Assembly (NCBI GenBank): GCA_964490075.1
Contig: CAZBBK010000006.1
Location: 111,000-130,999 of the forward strand
Source: an uncultured Gemmatimonadota bacterium
GTDB lineage: Bacteria > GCA-2686955
Length of the DNA stretch: 20,000 nucleotides
Direction: 5' to 3'
Shown piece by piece: positions 1 through 10,000 of the stretch; within the stretch, counting starts at the first letter, position 1, and every line of letters starts with the position of its first letter. The notes beneath the pieces are model-generated. The model was not told the DNA's origin and made no database searches. It was given only the letters and a program-made list of their open reading frames with translations. The position numbers and the translations under genes are program-made.

Positions 1-2421
1 ATGAGCTCCGAAGCAACGTGGCCAGCTCCTATGGGGCGGCGCCTATTACCGGGGGGGCAGCGCGGACTCGATCTACTCGGAGGGGAACACCTACGCGGAC
101 AATGACGCTGATTGTGGTGCGGGGGCGTACAGCTACTATGGGAAAGTGCATTCGCTCGAGGACCGATTCGTCGGCAACAGCGCGAGCTCCGGGGTGGCAT
201 CTACGCCCGCGATAATGTGACCGTTACGCGCGCGGTCTTTTTCGACAACCACGGCAGCAACCAGGGAGGAGGGGCCTACGCATATCGGACGAGCTTCCGC
301 GGCTGCGTGTTCGTCGACAACGACGCTCCGTCCTACCCCGGCATCGGTGGCTACGGTTACCAGGGGGAAAGCGGCTTCAATCTCTTCTGGGACGGCGTAG
401 CGCCGGATCGGGAGAACCGTGGCGAGTCGGCCGGCATCGATCCGCTCTACAGCGATCCGCTCCTCGTCGACCCGGCGTCCGGGGACTTCCGTCCCCGACC
501 CGGATCACCGCTGATCGATACCGGACCGCCCGATCTGGAGCCCGACACACTGCAGACGCGCGCCGACACTACCTTCTTCGCACCCCGGACGATCCATCTG
601 GCTCCCAGAGAGACCGTGCGCACGGAGCGCTCCTTCGCCACGCCGGTCATCGGGGATGTCTACCCCTTCCATCTGAGCTCTTGGTGCAGCTCGCTGCCGT
701 GGGAGACCTGGGCGACCGCACGCAAAGACCTGCAGGTGTGGGGCGGACAGACATTCCGCGTGCCGGAAGATTACGATCGCATCAGCGACGCATTGGCGAA
801 TGCGATCCCGGGGGATCGGGTGGAGGTGTCTCCGGGGGTCTACGACGAAGCACTCTCGATGAGCACCGAGGGGGTGACGCTGGCGGGGGCGGGGATCTAT
901 CTCACCGAGCTGCGGCCCTCTGCCTACGGGTCGGCGATCACGGTCTCCCCGCTCCTCTCGCCTCCTCCCATCGTTCGCGACCTCACGATCAGAGGCACCA
1001 GCGGGGCCAGACATGGCGCCGGAGTGTTCCTCGACTGCCAGTCCTCCGTCGTGCTCGATCACGTGCGCTTCGCGCGCTGCAACGCGGCGGAGTTGGGCGG
1101 CGCCATCTATCAGGGCCAGAGCTCCACTCTGGAAATGCGCTCCTGTGGCGTGGACACCTGTCAGGCCCAATGGGGGGGCGGCATCTCGTCCTATGGCCTG
1201 GTAACCGCCGCCGGATTCACCGCGAGCGACAACACCTCCAGCACCAACGGCGGGGCCTTGACCCTCGGGGGAAGCGCCGTCCTCGACTCCTGCGAAATCG
1301 TCGGCAATGCCGCGCAGACCGGAGGGGGCATCTGGGCACAAGCCCTCGAAGGCAAGCTCCGGATCAGCGCGAGCACTTTCGAAGAGAACGACGCGCTGTG
1401 GGGCGGGGGCGGGCTCTACGTCGGGCGGCCGGGCTGGGATGACGAGCCGGAGGACACACTCCTGGTCGACTGCACCTTCAAAGAGAACGTCGCGGAATGG
1501 GGGGCTGGGGTCTTCGTGCGCAACGGCGCCTGGTCGATGCACGGCAGCCGGTGGTTCGCCAACGAAGCCACGGAGGGAGGCGGCATCTACCTCGAGCGCA
1601 CCGGGGAAAGGCTGACCGTCAGCGAGTGCATCTTCCAGGAAAACGACGCCATTCGCGGCGGCGGCCTCTACACCCTCGACGCTCGGGGAAAGGTCACGGA
1701 TTGCGACTTCGAATGGAACACCGCATGGGACGGAGCAGCGGTGCGGGTGACCGGACAGGGAGCCGCTCCCTTCCAGCTCTTCCGCTCCACTTTCAGCGAG
1801 AACCACGCCCGCGACGTCGGAGCAGGGATCAGCGGCCGTCTTGCCGGCCCCGAGATCGTCGCTTGTGATTTCCTGGCCAACACGGCCGAAAACGCCGGCG
1901 CGGGCGCTCACATCCGGGAAGGGGACGCCCACATCGCCAGCAACGTTTTCTGGGCGGGGGAGGCGCTATTCGGGGGCGGCGTGGTGCTCACCCGAGGTGG
2001 CGCCAGCGGTCTCTTCCACAACCTATTCGTGGAGAACGCCGGCACCGGCTGGGGCGGTGGCATCCTGCTGCGCCGGGGCGTTGCGCCGGCGATCTCCGGC
2101 AACATCATGGCGTGGAACGGTTCGGGTGCCGGGCTTCACGTCGAGGACGAGGAGAGCACCTCCACCGCGACCTACAACCTCTACTGGGCCAACCAGGGCG
2201 GCAGCTACGGAGGATACGCCCTGCCGGGCATTGGGGACCTGGAGACGGATCCCCTTTTCGTCGACCGGCAGCTCGGCGACTTCCACGTGACCGGCGGCTC
2301 TCCCGCGGTGGACGCGGGGGATCCCGACACCTATGACGCGTGCTTGCCGCCCGGGCTCGGAACGGAAAGGGCCGACATCGGAGCCTACGGAGGTCCGGAC
2401 AACTGTTGGCGCGCCGACTGA
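1..2421 (+). CDS. Multi-module right-handed parallel beta-helix (pectin-lyase-fold / Pmp-like repeat) protein; 5' end outside the window, two apparent frameshifts near 33-36 and 191-194
   Basis: Many FxxN-A-xx-GGG/A-I/L-Y coils. Module start TFRVPEDYDRISDALANAIPGDRVEVSPGVY. Module ends DPLLVDPASGDFRPRPGSPLIDTG and DPLFVDRQLGDFHVTGGSPAVDAGDP...ADIGAYGGP. Repeats continue upstream of the 112 ORF in frames 2 and 3 (SNVASSYG/GGAYY...FVGNSASSG/GGIY). Confidence 0.9.
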
Positions 2422-2428
2422 GGCGCGT

Positions 2429-3799
2429 TCAACGATAGGCCCGCACCAGCTCGGCCGCACCGTAATAGTGTCGCAGGATCGATTCCGCGTCGTGGCCGCG
2501 CGTCGCCATCAATGCAGCGCCGATCTGGCACAGCCCCACGCCGTGCCCCCAGCCGGCGCCACTGAACCGAAAAGCGTTGGGGCGTTCCGACGGCCCTAGA
2601 GGCTCGGCCACGAAGGCGGAGCTGCGCAGGTGGCTGGGCGACAGGAGGCGGCGGATTTCCAGCTCCTTGCCGACCACCACGGTGCCACGCTCGCCCACCA
2701 GGCGCAGCCGCACCAGTCGTCCGGAAGGACCGCGCTGCACCGGTTCCAGACCCAGCAGGCGGCCCAGCTCGATGCCGGCCTTGTCGCGAATGAGCTGCTC
2801 GAGCTGCTCGACGTCGCGCTCCTCATTCCAGCGGAAGAAGGTAGTCGAGCGATCGAAGTCAGGCAAAATAGTCGCCAGCGTCGCCGGATCGTCGCAGTCG
2901 CAGAAGGCGCGCGGGGGGTGGTCGAGGAAGCGACGGAAGGCGCCTTCTCCGGTCAGCGGATTGGCGGGCAGCGCGGGATCTGCGGCGTCGGCGCGGGGCG
3001 CAAGGTAGGGCAGATCGCGGTCTTGCCAGGCGGCGCGAAAGCCCTCGGTGACACCGCCGCAACACTTCGAGAAGCGCGCGTCGCAGACCTCTTCGGCGTG
3101 GGTCAGCAGCAGCCCCCGAGTGTCGTCGACCGCCGCCGCGGCCGCCTCCCCACCCTGTGTCGCGACGCCCTGGTAGCGCTGGCAGTGGTCGTCGGCGCAG
3201 ACGTCGAAATGGTGGTGCGCCTGGCGATCGTAGATCCGGATCCGCTCTCCCGCGTCCCGCGCGTGCCCCGCGGGCCCCGCGGGTCCCGCTGTCGCGACCG
3301 CGACGGCGCCGGCGGCGCCCAGCTGCGCCAGGAGCCAACTGCGCGAAATGATGGCGTGGGCGCGCAGCAGGGCCGCCGGAGCGTTTCCGCTCATCTCCGA
3401 GCCGACCACCGAGCGCAGGTAGGTCTCGAGCGGCACATCGTTGACCACCCGCAAGCCCCCCTCCCCCGCCGCCGCCAGGCGCAGCGTGCCGCGGAAGCGT
3501 TGCAGACGCTCTTGCTGCCAGTGGAAGCCGATGCCGATGGTCGCCGCGAGCTCGAAACTAGAGCGGTTCGGATCGGCCGGGATCAGCTCGATGGTCCTCG
3601 CCGGGGCTGGCGCGGAGCGACCGTCGCCGATCTCCGGCTCCAGCATCACTTCAGCGCCCGAGATCCGCGCCCGGTAGCTCCCGGGTGGCAGCGGCGCGCC
3701 CGCCGATCGGTAGCTCCCCTCGAGGCGCAGGCGCAGCTCGCCGACCCCCTCCGCCAGACCGACCGCCAGGGTCGGCTCGGCAGTCGGCGGGACGCTCAC
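2429..3799 (-). CDS. SpoIID/LytB domain protein (lytic transglycosylase-like), no signal peptide
   Basis: VVNDVPLETYLRSVVGSEMS (SpoIID catalytic Glu motif), AHAIISRSW, FDVCADDHCQRYQG, FSKCCGGVTE, LRSSAF, GAGWGHGVGLCQIGA...ILRHYY. GTG start at 3799 overlaps the upstream TGA (GTGA), so the ORF-track extension to 4498 is spurious. Confidence 0.92.
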   Translation of the reverse strand: MSVPPTAEPTLAVGLAEGVGELRLRLEGSYRSAGAPLPPGSYRARISGAEVMLEPEIGDGRSAPAPARTIELIPADPNRSSFELAATIGIGFHWQQERLQRFRGTLRLAAAGEGGLRVVNDVPLETYLRSVVGSEMSGNAPAALLRAHAIISRSWLLAQLGAAGAVAVATAGPAGPAGHARDAGERIRIYDRQAHHHFDVCADDHCQRYQGVATQGGEAAAAAVDDTRGLLLTHAEEVCDARFSKCCGGVTEGFRAAWQDRDLPYLAPRADAADPALPANPLTGEGAFRRFLDHPPRAFCDCDDPATLATILPDFDRSTTFFRWNEERDVEQLEQLIRDKAGIELGRLLGLEPVQRGPSGRLVRLRLVGERGTVVVGKELEIRRLLSPSHLRSSAFVAEPLGPSERPNAFRFSGAGWGHGVGLCQIGAALMATRGHDAESILRHYYGAAELVRAYR

Positions 3800-4752
3800 T
3801 GGAGCCGCTCCCACCAGCGCTCGAAGCGCTCCTCGTCGAGGCTCACTTCGCGGTAGACCGAGCACGCGCGGTCGGCGTCTATGCGCGCGAAGTCGTGCTC
3901 CTCGGGCAGCACTAGAATTCCCGCCATCTCCATGGCGCCGGGACTGATCAGAAAGCGCTGCTCGCCCTGCTCGAAGTAACAGCCCGGTCGATGGCGCGCG
4001 CGCGGAAAAAAGAACACCTCGAGCTCCCCGCCACGGTGCCGCGCCAGCAGGTTCAGCATCGGCTCTCGATCTTCCCCCATGATCGTCGCCAGCTCCGAGA
4101 TCGCGGCGCTCAAGCGTTGCTCGGCGGCCGCCGCGTCGATCTCGCACAGCACCACCGCCTGGCGCCCGAAGCTCTCGATCGCAGTCCAGGGCCCGGCACG
4201 ACGGCCGCGCGGCAGCGCCTCTTCGATCGGCGGCGCGACGATGCGACCGGTCTGAAAATGGAAATGGTCGGGCGCCGACGCCCCGCAGCGTGGGCCGTTG
4301 TAGATCACGAAAGTCTCTTCGTCGACCGCGCCCGCCAGGGCCAGCAGCAGCCCCAATCGGCCCTCGATCGCCTGCGGCACGTGCTCGCGGGTGGCGACGG
4401 AGATATGGCGCGGAACGATAGGAAAGGGGTTCGGCAGCAACACCAGCTCCGGGCCGAAGGCGATGCCGCGCTCCTCGACCGGCAGGTTCGGCTCGCACAG
4501 AAAGCAGGGGCGGCGCCGCACCGAAGCGGGATCGACCTTGGCGCTGACCGACCCGCGGCGACCGGGATTGCGTTGCGCCGCGATCCGATCGGCCCCGTGG
4601 CTCAGCTCCCGCACCTGGGTGCGCTCCAGAGCCGCCTCGTTGGCGGCGAGCAGCGGCCAGTTGGCTCGCTGGCGCTCGAAGAGCGCTTCGATCGCCTCGG
4701 CCACACTCTCGCCGAGCCGGAACTCGGCCACCACCCGTCGGCTCCAGCTCAT
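3796..4752 (-). CDS. DUF4922-like HIT-superfamily protein (HxHxQ; GDP-glucose/Ap4A phosphorylase-like)
   Basis: QRNPGRRGSVSAKVD, RPCFLCEPNLP, LPNPFPI, HVPQ, YNGPRCGASAPDHFHFQ, HRPGCYF, ISPGAMEMAG. ATG at 4752 overlaps the upstream TGA (ATGA). Confidence 0.85.
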   Translation of the reverse strand: MSWSRRVVAEFRLGESVAEAIEALFERQRANWPLLAANEAALERTQVRELSHGADRIAAQRNPGRRGSVSAKVDPASVRRRPCFLCEPNLPVEERGIAFGPELVLLPNPFPIVPRHISVATREHVPQAIEGRLGLLLALAGAVDEETFVIYNGPRCGASAPDHFHFQTGRIVAPPIEEALPRGRRAGPWTAIESFGRQAVVLCEIDAAAAEQRLSAAISELATIMGEDREPMLNLLARHRGGELEVFFFPRARHRPGCYFEQGEQRFLISPGAMEMAGILVLPEEHDFARIDADRACSVYREVSLDEERFERWWERLQ

Positions 4753-6212
4753 GGGCGCATCCGCTGCCGGGCGGCGATCTCGATGCTGCGCAGGCGGTCC
4801 TTGTAGATCGCGTAGCGGTTGGCGGTCTCGAGCGGCAGGTCGGCGTCGCTGTTGCCTTCCCAGCGACGGCACCAGTAGAGCGAATCGTAGATGCGGGCGA
4901 TGCGATGGCGGCGCGAGAGCGCCAGCATCACTCCGTAATCCTCGCCGTAGCTGACGTTGGGAAAACCGACCCGGCGCAGCGTGGGCACGTGGTAGGCACG
5001 CGGGGCTCCCAAGCCGTGGATCCGCAGCGCGTTGTTGTGGCCGTTCTCGTCGCTCCACTCGCGGTGATCGACCAAACCGGGCGGCAGGGGCTGGAGGTCG
5101 AAGTCGACGGTGGTGTAGGAGCCGACCAGGGCGGCGCAGGAACCGCGCTCGAGCTCGGCGACGATGCGCGCCAGGACCGTGGTCCCGTCGTAGAGATCGT
5201 CGCTGTCGAGCTGCACCGCGTAGCGCCCGCAGTAGGCGGAGCGGATCGCCAGATCCCAGCAGCCGCCGATGCCGAGGTCCGTGCGCGCCGGCACCTGGTG
5301 CACGATGCGAGGGTCGGCGGCCGCCAGCTCGGCCAGAAGATCGCTGGTGCCGTCGCTGGAATGATTGTCGACCACCAGCACGTTGAAGGGAAACTCCGTC
5401 TCTTGATCGACCGCGCTGCGCACCGCCTCGCCGACGGTCTTGACCCGATCGCGCACCGGAATCACCACCGAAGCCCGCACCAGATAGTCGTGCCGGTCAT
5501 CGATCAGGGGTGCATCGGGTGGGTCGACGAAGGCGCCGATGCGCCGCAGATGGTCGGTGGCGACCCGCTCCATCTCCTCCTGGTAATCGCGCCGCCGCGG
5601 ATCGACGTAGTCGAAGATGCTCTCGCCGCTGCGGCGCGCCGGGGCGGCGCTGCGCCGGTAGAGCGGCTCCGGCAGATGCAGAATCGTTCCCACCTCGGAC
5701 GCGCGCAGCCGCAGCTCGTAAAACGCCCCATGGCGCAGATCGCCCGCCAAGCGCGCCGCGGCCTGGGCCACCACCGCGCCGGAGAAGAGCAGAAGCGAGC
5801 CGAAGTCGAAATCGTCGCGAATGCTGCCGCTCTGGTATCCGACCAGCGGGTGGAGGCGCGGCGCAGCGCCGGCATCGACCTCGACGTAGTCGCCATAGGC
5901 CGCCGCCGCGCCGCTGGCTCGCAACGCACCGGCCAGACGCGCGATCCCCTCGCGCGGCAGACGCGGGGCGCCAGGCAGCACCCAGAGCAGGTCGGCCGAT
6001 CCCTGCTCGCGGTGCCAGTTGAGCACTCGCACGACGCATTCCGAGTCCCAGAGCGCCTCGGCCCTCACCGAATGCTCCGCCACCGGGGGCCCGCCCGCAC
6101 CCGTCGCCACTCGGCAGATCTCTCCGACCAGGGGCGACTGCCGCAGATCGGCCACCGTCGCCTCGACCTCGTCATCCGCGGCCTGGGTCACGACCGCCGC
6201 CAGTTGATTCAC
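4749..6212 (-). CDS. Glycosyltransferase family 2 protein with a degenerate N-terminal GT-A-like domain and an intact C-terminal GT-A domain
   Basis: C-half: ASVVIPVRDR, LVVDNHSSDGT, AVQLDSDDLY (DxD), YGEDY. N-half: AAYGDY...YQSGSIRDDFDFG...YELRLR...HLPEPLY. GTG at 6212 is preceded by GGAG. Confidence 0.9.
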   Translation of the reverse strand: MNQLAAVVTQAADDEVEATVADLRQSPLVGEICRVATGAGGPPVAEHSVRAEALWDSECVVRVLNWHREQGSADLLWVLPGAPRLPREGIARLAGALRASGAAAAYGDYVEVDAGAAPRLHPLVGYQSGSIRDDFDFGSLLLFSGAVVAQAAARLAGDLRHGAFYELRLRASEVGTILHLPEPLYRRSAAPARRSGESIFDYVDPRRRDYQEEMERVATDHLRRIGAFVDPPDAPLIDDRHDYLVRASVVIPVRDRVKTVGEAVRSAVDQETEFPFNVLVVDNHSSDGTSDLLAELAAADPRIVHQVPARTDLGIGGCWDLAIRSAYCGRYAVQLDSDDLYDGTTVLARIVAELERGSCAALVGSYTTVDFDLQPLPPGLVDHREWSDENGHNNALRIHGLGAPRAYHVPTLRRVGFPNVSYGEDYGVMLALSRRHRIARIYDSLYWCRRWEGNSDADLPLETANRYAIYKDRLRSIEIAARQRMRP

Positions 6213-6434
6213 GTGTTGACTCCGCTCTGCGTTTCGCGCCTGGTCAAGATAGCGAGGATTCGCCTCGATCGCGAGTGGCCGGCGGGCGGCGGAATGACGG
6301 GGAAGGAGGCGTCGACGATTGGATCGAGGGCCCGGTCTGTTTCGAGATGGGCACACGGCCCCACTCTACGGACCGGGCGCCTTTCTGGCCATGTCTGGTC
6401 GCGCCGCCCCCGTCTCGACCATCCGCTCCCTATT

Positions 6435-6461
6435 CGTCATCCCGGCGAAAACCGGAATCCA
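6435..6461 (+). repeat. CGTC-tagged REP-like palindrome
   Basis: CGTCATCCCGGCGAAAACCGGAATCCA resembles the CGTCATTCCCGCGAAAGCGGGAATCCA REP consensus. A partial inverse half (GGAATGACG) lies at 6291-6299. Confidence 0.55.
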
Positions 6462-6564
6462 CGCCCGCGGATTGGCCCGATCCGCGGGTAGTCGCCCGGT
6501 TCCAACAAAGCAGGGTCGAGCGATCAGCGAACCGGCTTCCTCCCCCGGCGGCCGTTTCCAGCGA

Positions 6565-6614
6565 CTGAGCAGCCTCAGGCGGCGATTGGGCCCCCTGCGC
6601 CTGAGTCTGCTCAG
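6565..6614. repeat. 17-bp imperfect inverted repeat (hairpin; possible terminator or REP)
   Basis: CTGAGCAGCCTCAGGCG (6565-6581) pairs with CGCCTGAGTCTGCTCAG (6598-6614), with 1 mismatch and a 16-nt loop. No U-tract follows. Confidence 0.6.
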
Positions 6615-6817
6615 GAACCCGATCCCGACCCCATCCCCGCCCCACCTCTCACCCCCCATGCAAGGTCACCCGGCGCCCCCCCGGCGTGCTCGCCGCGCCG
6701 AACACCGTCCGCTCGACGATCGCCACTGGTGCCGGAGCGGCGCAAGAGAGACTCGGGTGCGAGGGATGGAGGACCGAAGCGCAGGCGCCGAGCGGGCGCG
6801 AGGCGTGGGGAATTGGC

Positions 6818-6847
6818 GGGGGGGGCCCGGGCCCCCCCCCCCCCCCC
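6818..6847. repeat. G8-CCCGGG-C16 homopolymer palindrome
   Basis: G run 6818-6825, CCCGGG, C run 6832-6847. Bases 6818-6839 form a perfect palindrome. Run lengths may be unreliable. Confidence 0.7.
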
Positions 6848-7037
6848 GCGCGGAGAGGCGCTCAATTTGACGCTCCGCGCACGGAGAAGGACTCGGTTTG
6901 ACAAACCCCGCTCAACTTGACGCAGAAGGCGCTCAGAACCGGCCTTTCTCGGGCATTTTGGACCCCTGGGCCAGGCAAGTGTCAAACCGAGGTGCTCTCC
7001 GTGCGCGAAGTGTCAAATCGAGCGCCTCTCCGCGCGG
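6846..7037. repeat. Long inverted-repeat element (58-bp arms, 76-bp spacer), MITE/REPIN-like
   Basis: Arm 6846-6903 matches the reverse complement of 6980-7037 at 51/58 positions. Each arm has two TTTGAC motifs. CGCTCAAyTTGACGC is directly repeated at 6859 and 6909. Confidence 0.85.
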
Positions 7038-10000
7038 AAAGCCCCCCCGCCGCCCGCGGCCCATCCGGAAGATCGGCCAGCAGCGCCTCCGCGCGCTCCA
7101 ATATCTGCTCGACCAGCGCCGCCGGCGGCTCCGCGTCCGAGGCGCCGTAGGCCCGCTCCACCTCGACCGCGCTGGCCAGGAATCCGGCCCCCTCGAAGCT
7201 CACCAGCCCCTTGGGCACCAAGACCTCGTGCAGCAGGCGAGTCGCCGGGAGCTGCTCACTCCCCGGCTCGGCGAGGCCGGCGGCGACCGCGCGCAGCGCC
7301 GTCTCCAGCGACTCCCGCACCCTGCCAAACGCCTCCGCCGGGATCCCCGCGCCGACCAGCGCCCGCGCCGCGGCCAGCTTGCGGTGGGCATTGCGGAACA
7401 GGGCGCGCGCCGCATCATCGCGATCCGGGTCCGGCGCCTCCGCTTGGCGCTCCAACTTCGGAGCAGAACGCACCCGGGGCGTCGTCCCCACCAGCGCGTG
7501 GCCCGCGCCCTCCCGCTCCCCGTCGCCAGCGCTCGGGCCCCCATCGACCCGGGCCTCGTCCCCCACCTCATCCCCAATTCCGGCCCCCCCCAACCCCGCG
7601 TCGCCCACCGGCACCTCCTGCGCACCATCCGCCACGCCGGGCCGCGTCTCATCGTCCCGCCACGAATCGGACGCCATCGCCTCGAGCATCGGTCGCACCG
7701 CTCGCAGCACTCCGGGCGCCGAGTCGATCTCCCTTGCACTGGCGCCGGCCGCCAGCACCTCGTGAAAGAGCTCCTTCTTGCGCACCAGGACCCGCTCGAT
7801 GCCGCTCTCGATCGAGCGTTCGGCAATCAGCAGCAACACATGCACCGGGCGCTTCTGGCCGAGCCGATGCACGCGGGCGATCCGCTGGTCGAGGCGCGCC
7901 GGGTTGAAGGGCAGCTCCAGGTTGACGACAGTGTCGGCACACTGCAGGTTGAGGCCGACGCCGCCGGCATCGGTGGAAAAGAGGATGCGACAGTCTGGGT
8001 CGCTGCGGAAACGGTCCAGCAGGGCGCCGCGCTTGGCGCTGGGCACGGCGCCGCAGAGCAGCTCGTAACCCAACTCCAGCTCGCGCGCCCGGTCGGCGGC
8101 CAGGCGAATCATCCGCTCCCACTCGCTGAACACCACCACCTTGCGCCCGCTCTCGGCCGCGAGATCGTCGAAAATGCGCGTCAGCTCGTCCAGCTTGGGG
8201 GAATCTTTGTTGTCGTTGTCGACCAACCAGGCGGAGTTACAGGCCATACGTGCGCGCTGGATCGCGGCGAAGAGCTGTTTCTCCTCCGAGGGCGTCAAGG
8301 GACGCTTTTCGGCACGGGCGGCTATCATCGCCGCGAGCTGCACTGCCTCGTCGTGGAACTCTCGCATCGGCGCAGTGAGCTCCACGTAGAAACGATTTTC
8401 TATGCGCTCGGGAAGCTGCGTCAGAACCGCGTCGCGGGTCCGGCGCAGCACCACCGGGCGCAGCCTCCGCCGCAGCTCGTCGAGGTTGCGGTGGCCGATG
8501 CCACGGGGCTTGCCGCGCCCGCTTCCGCGCCCTTCGGCGGGCTTGAAAAAGCGTTGATTGAAGGCCCAGAGCGGCCCCAGAATGCGCGGCTCGACCGCCT
8601 GCATCAACGAATAGAGGTCGTCGAGACGGTTTTCCAGCGGGGTGCCGGTCAGCACGAACACGTGCTGCGCCGGGATCTGCTTCACGCGAGTGGCGGTCTT
8701 GGTGCGCCAGTTCTTGATGCGCTGCGCTTCATCGAGGATCAAGAGGTCGGGGTCGAGGGCGCGCACCAGCTCCAGGTCGCGAATCACCAGCTCGTAGTTG
8801 ACGATGGTGAAGGGGGCCTGGCGCCGATACAGGCCGCGACGCACTTTCGGTGCGCCCCAGACCACGCAGGGCTCGGCACCCGAGAACCGTCGAATCTCCT
8901 GCTCCCATTGGTGCTTCAGCGATGCCGGGCAGACCAACAGCACGCGCTCCACCTCATCGCGCGAGCGCAAATGCAGCGCGGCGGCGATCGCCTGCACCGT
9001 TTTGCCCAGGCCCATGTCGTCGGCCAGGAGCGCCGATCCTCGCCCGGCCAGGAAGGCCGCGCCCTCGACCTGGTAAGGGTAGAGCTGGCCGCGAAAGCCG
9101 CGCAGGCGCGCACCGGCGGCGGAGATCTCGCGCCGCACCTGCTCGTCGCGCTGCCGAGCGCGGTCGTCGCGCTCTACCTGCTCCAGGAAAGCCAGCACGT
9201 CGTCGTCGACCGTCACCAGATTGCTGCCCCGGCAGATCGCCTGCATCGCCGGGATCGACTGGCGCGGGTCGGCCGCCAGCACCCCGGCGGCGTCGAAGAA
9301 GCGATCGGCGATGCGCCGCTCCTCGGGTGAAGGATGACCCGAGGCCAGGAGCGCCACGCGCGGATGGTCGTCGCGACGCACCACCACCCGCGCCTGGTCG
9401 AGACGCATTCGCGCCAGCTTGTCGAACTTGTGCGGCGCCCGGGCGCGCGCGCGCTGCAGAACCGCCTCGATATGCTTGCAGGTGCCCAGCATGTTGACCT
9501 GGAAGTCGGGACAGGTGCAGCGGTTGGCCGGCACCCTCAGGTCGCGGATCTGGACCTCGTAGTCGGCCGCGCCCTGCTCGCCGGCGACCCGAAAGCGGCC
9601 GAACACCATGCCGCCTTCCAAGCGCCGGATGCGCGGCTCCTCCTTGCGTCCCCGCTCCAGGCGCACTTCGATCTCATGCTCCCGCACCGCCAGGTACGAT
9701 CCCCAGCGACCCGCGCCCCGATCGCCGGCCGGAGGCGCACGGTCCGCGTCGGTCTCCTCGGCGCCGCCGAGGCGCTCGGCCAAGGCCTCGACCGCCTGCT
9801 CGTCGCTGGCCGCCAGCGCCGCGGCCGCCGCGTGCTTGCAGATCGGCTCCCAGTCGAAAGGACAGGCGCACTCGACTTCGAGCTCGTCGCCGGCGAAGCG
9901 CAGGGTGACCGCGTAGGGCCGCTCGCCCGAGCCGAGCACGCGGGCATCGATGCGATCGGTGTCGACCCGCAGCGCCCGAACACGCTGGCGATCGACCAGG

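Noticed and set aside
2429..3799. Sporulation role for the SpoIID-like gene
   Set aside because: SpoIID/LytB domains are widespread in non-sporulating bacteria. This one has no membrane anchor and no sporulation genes nearby.
6213..7051. CRISPR array, integron attC array, tRNA or complete IS in the intergenic region
   Set aside because: No regularly spaced direct repeats, cloverleaf, integrase or transposase ORF.
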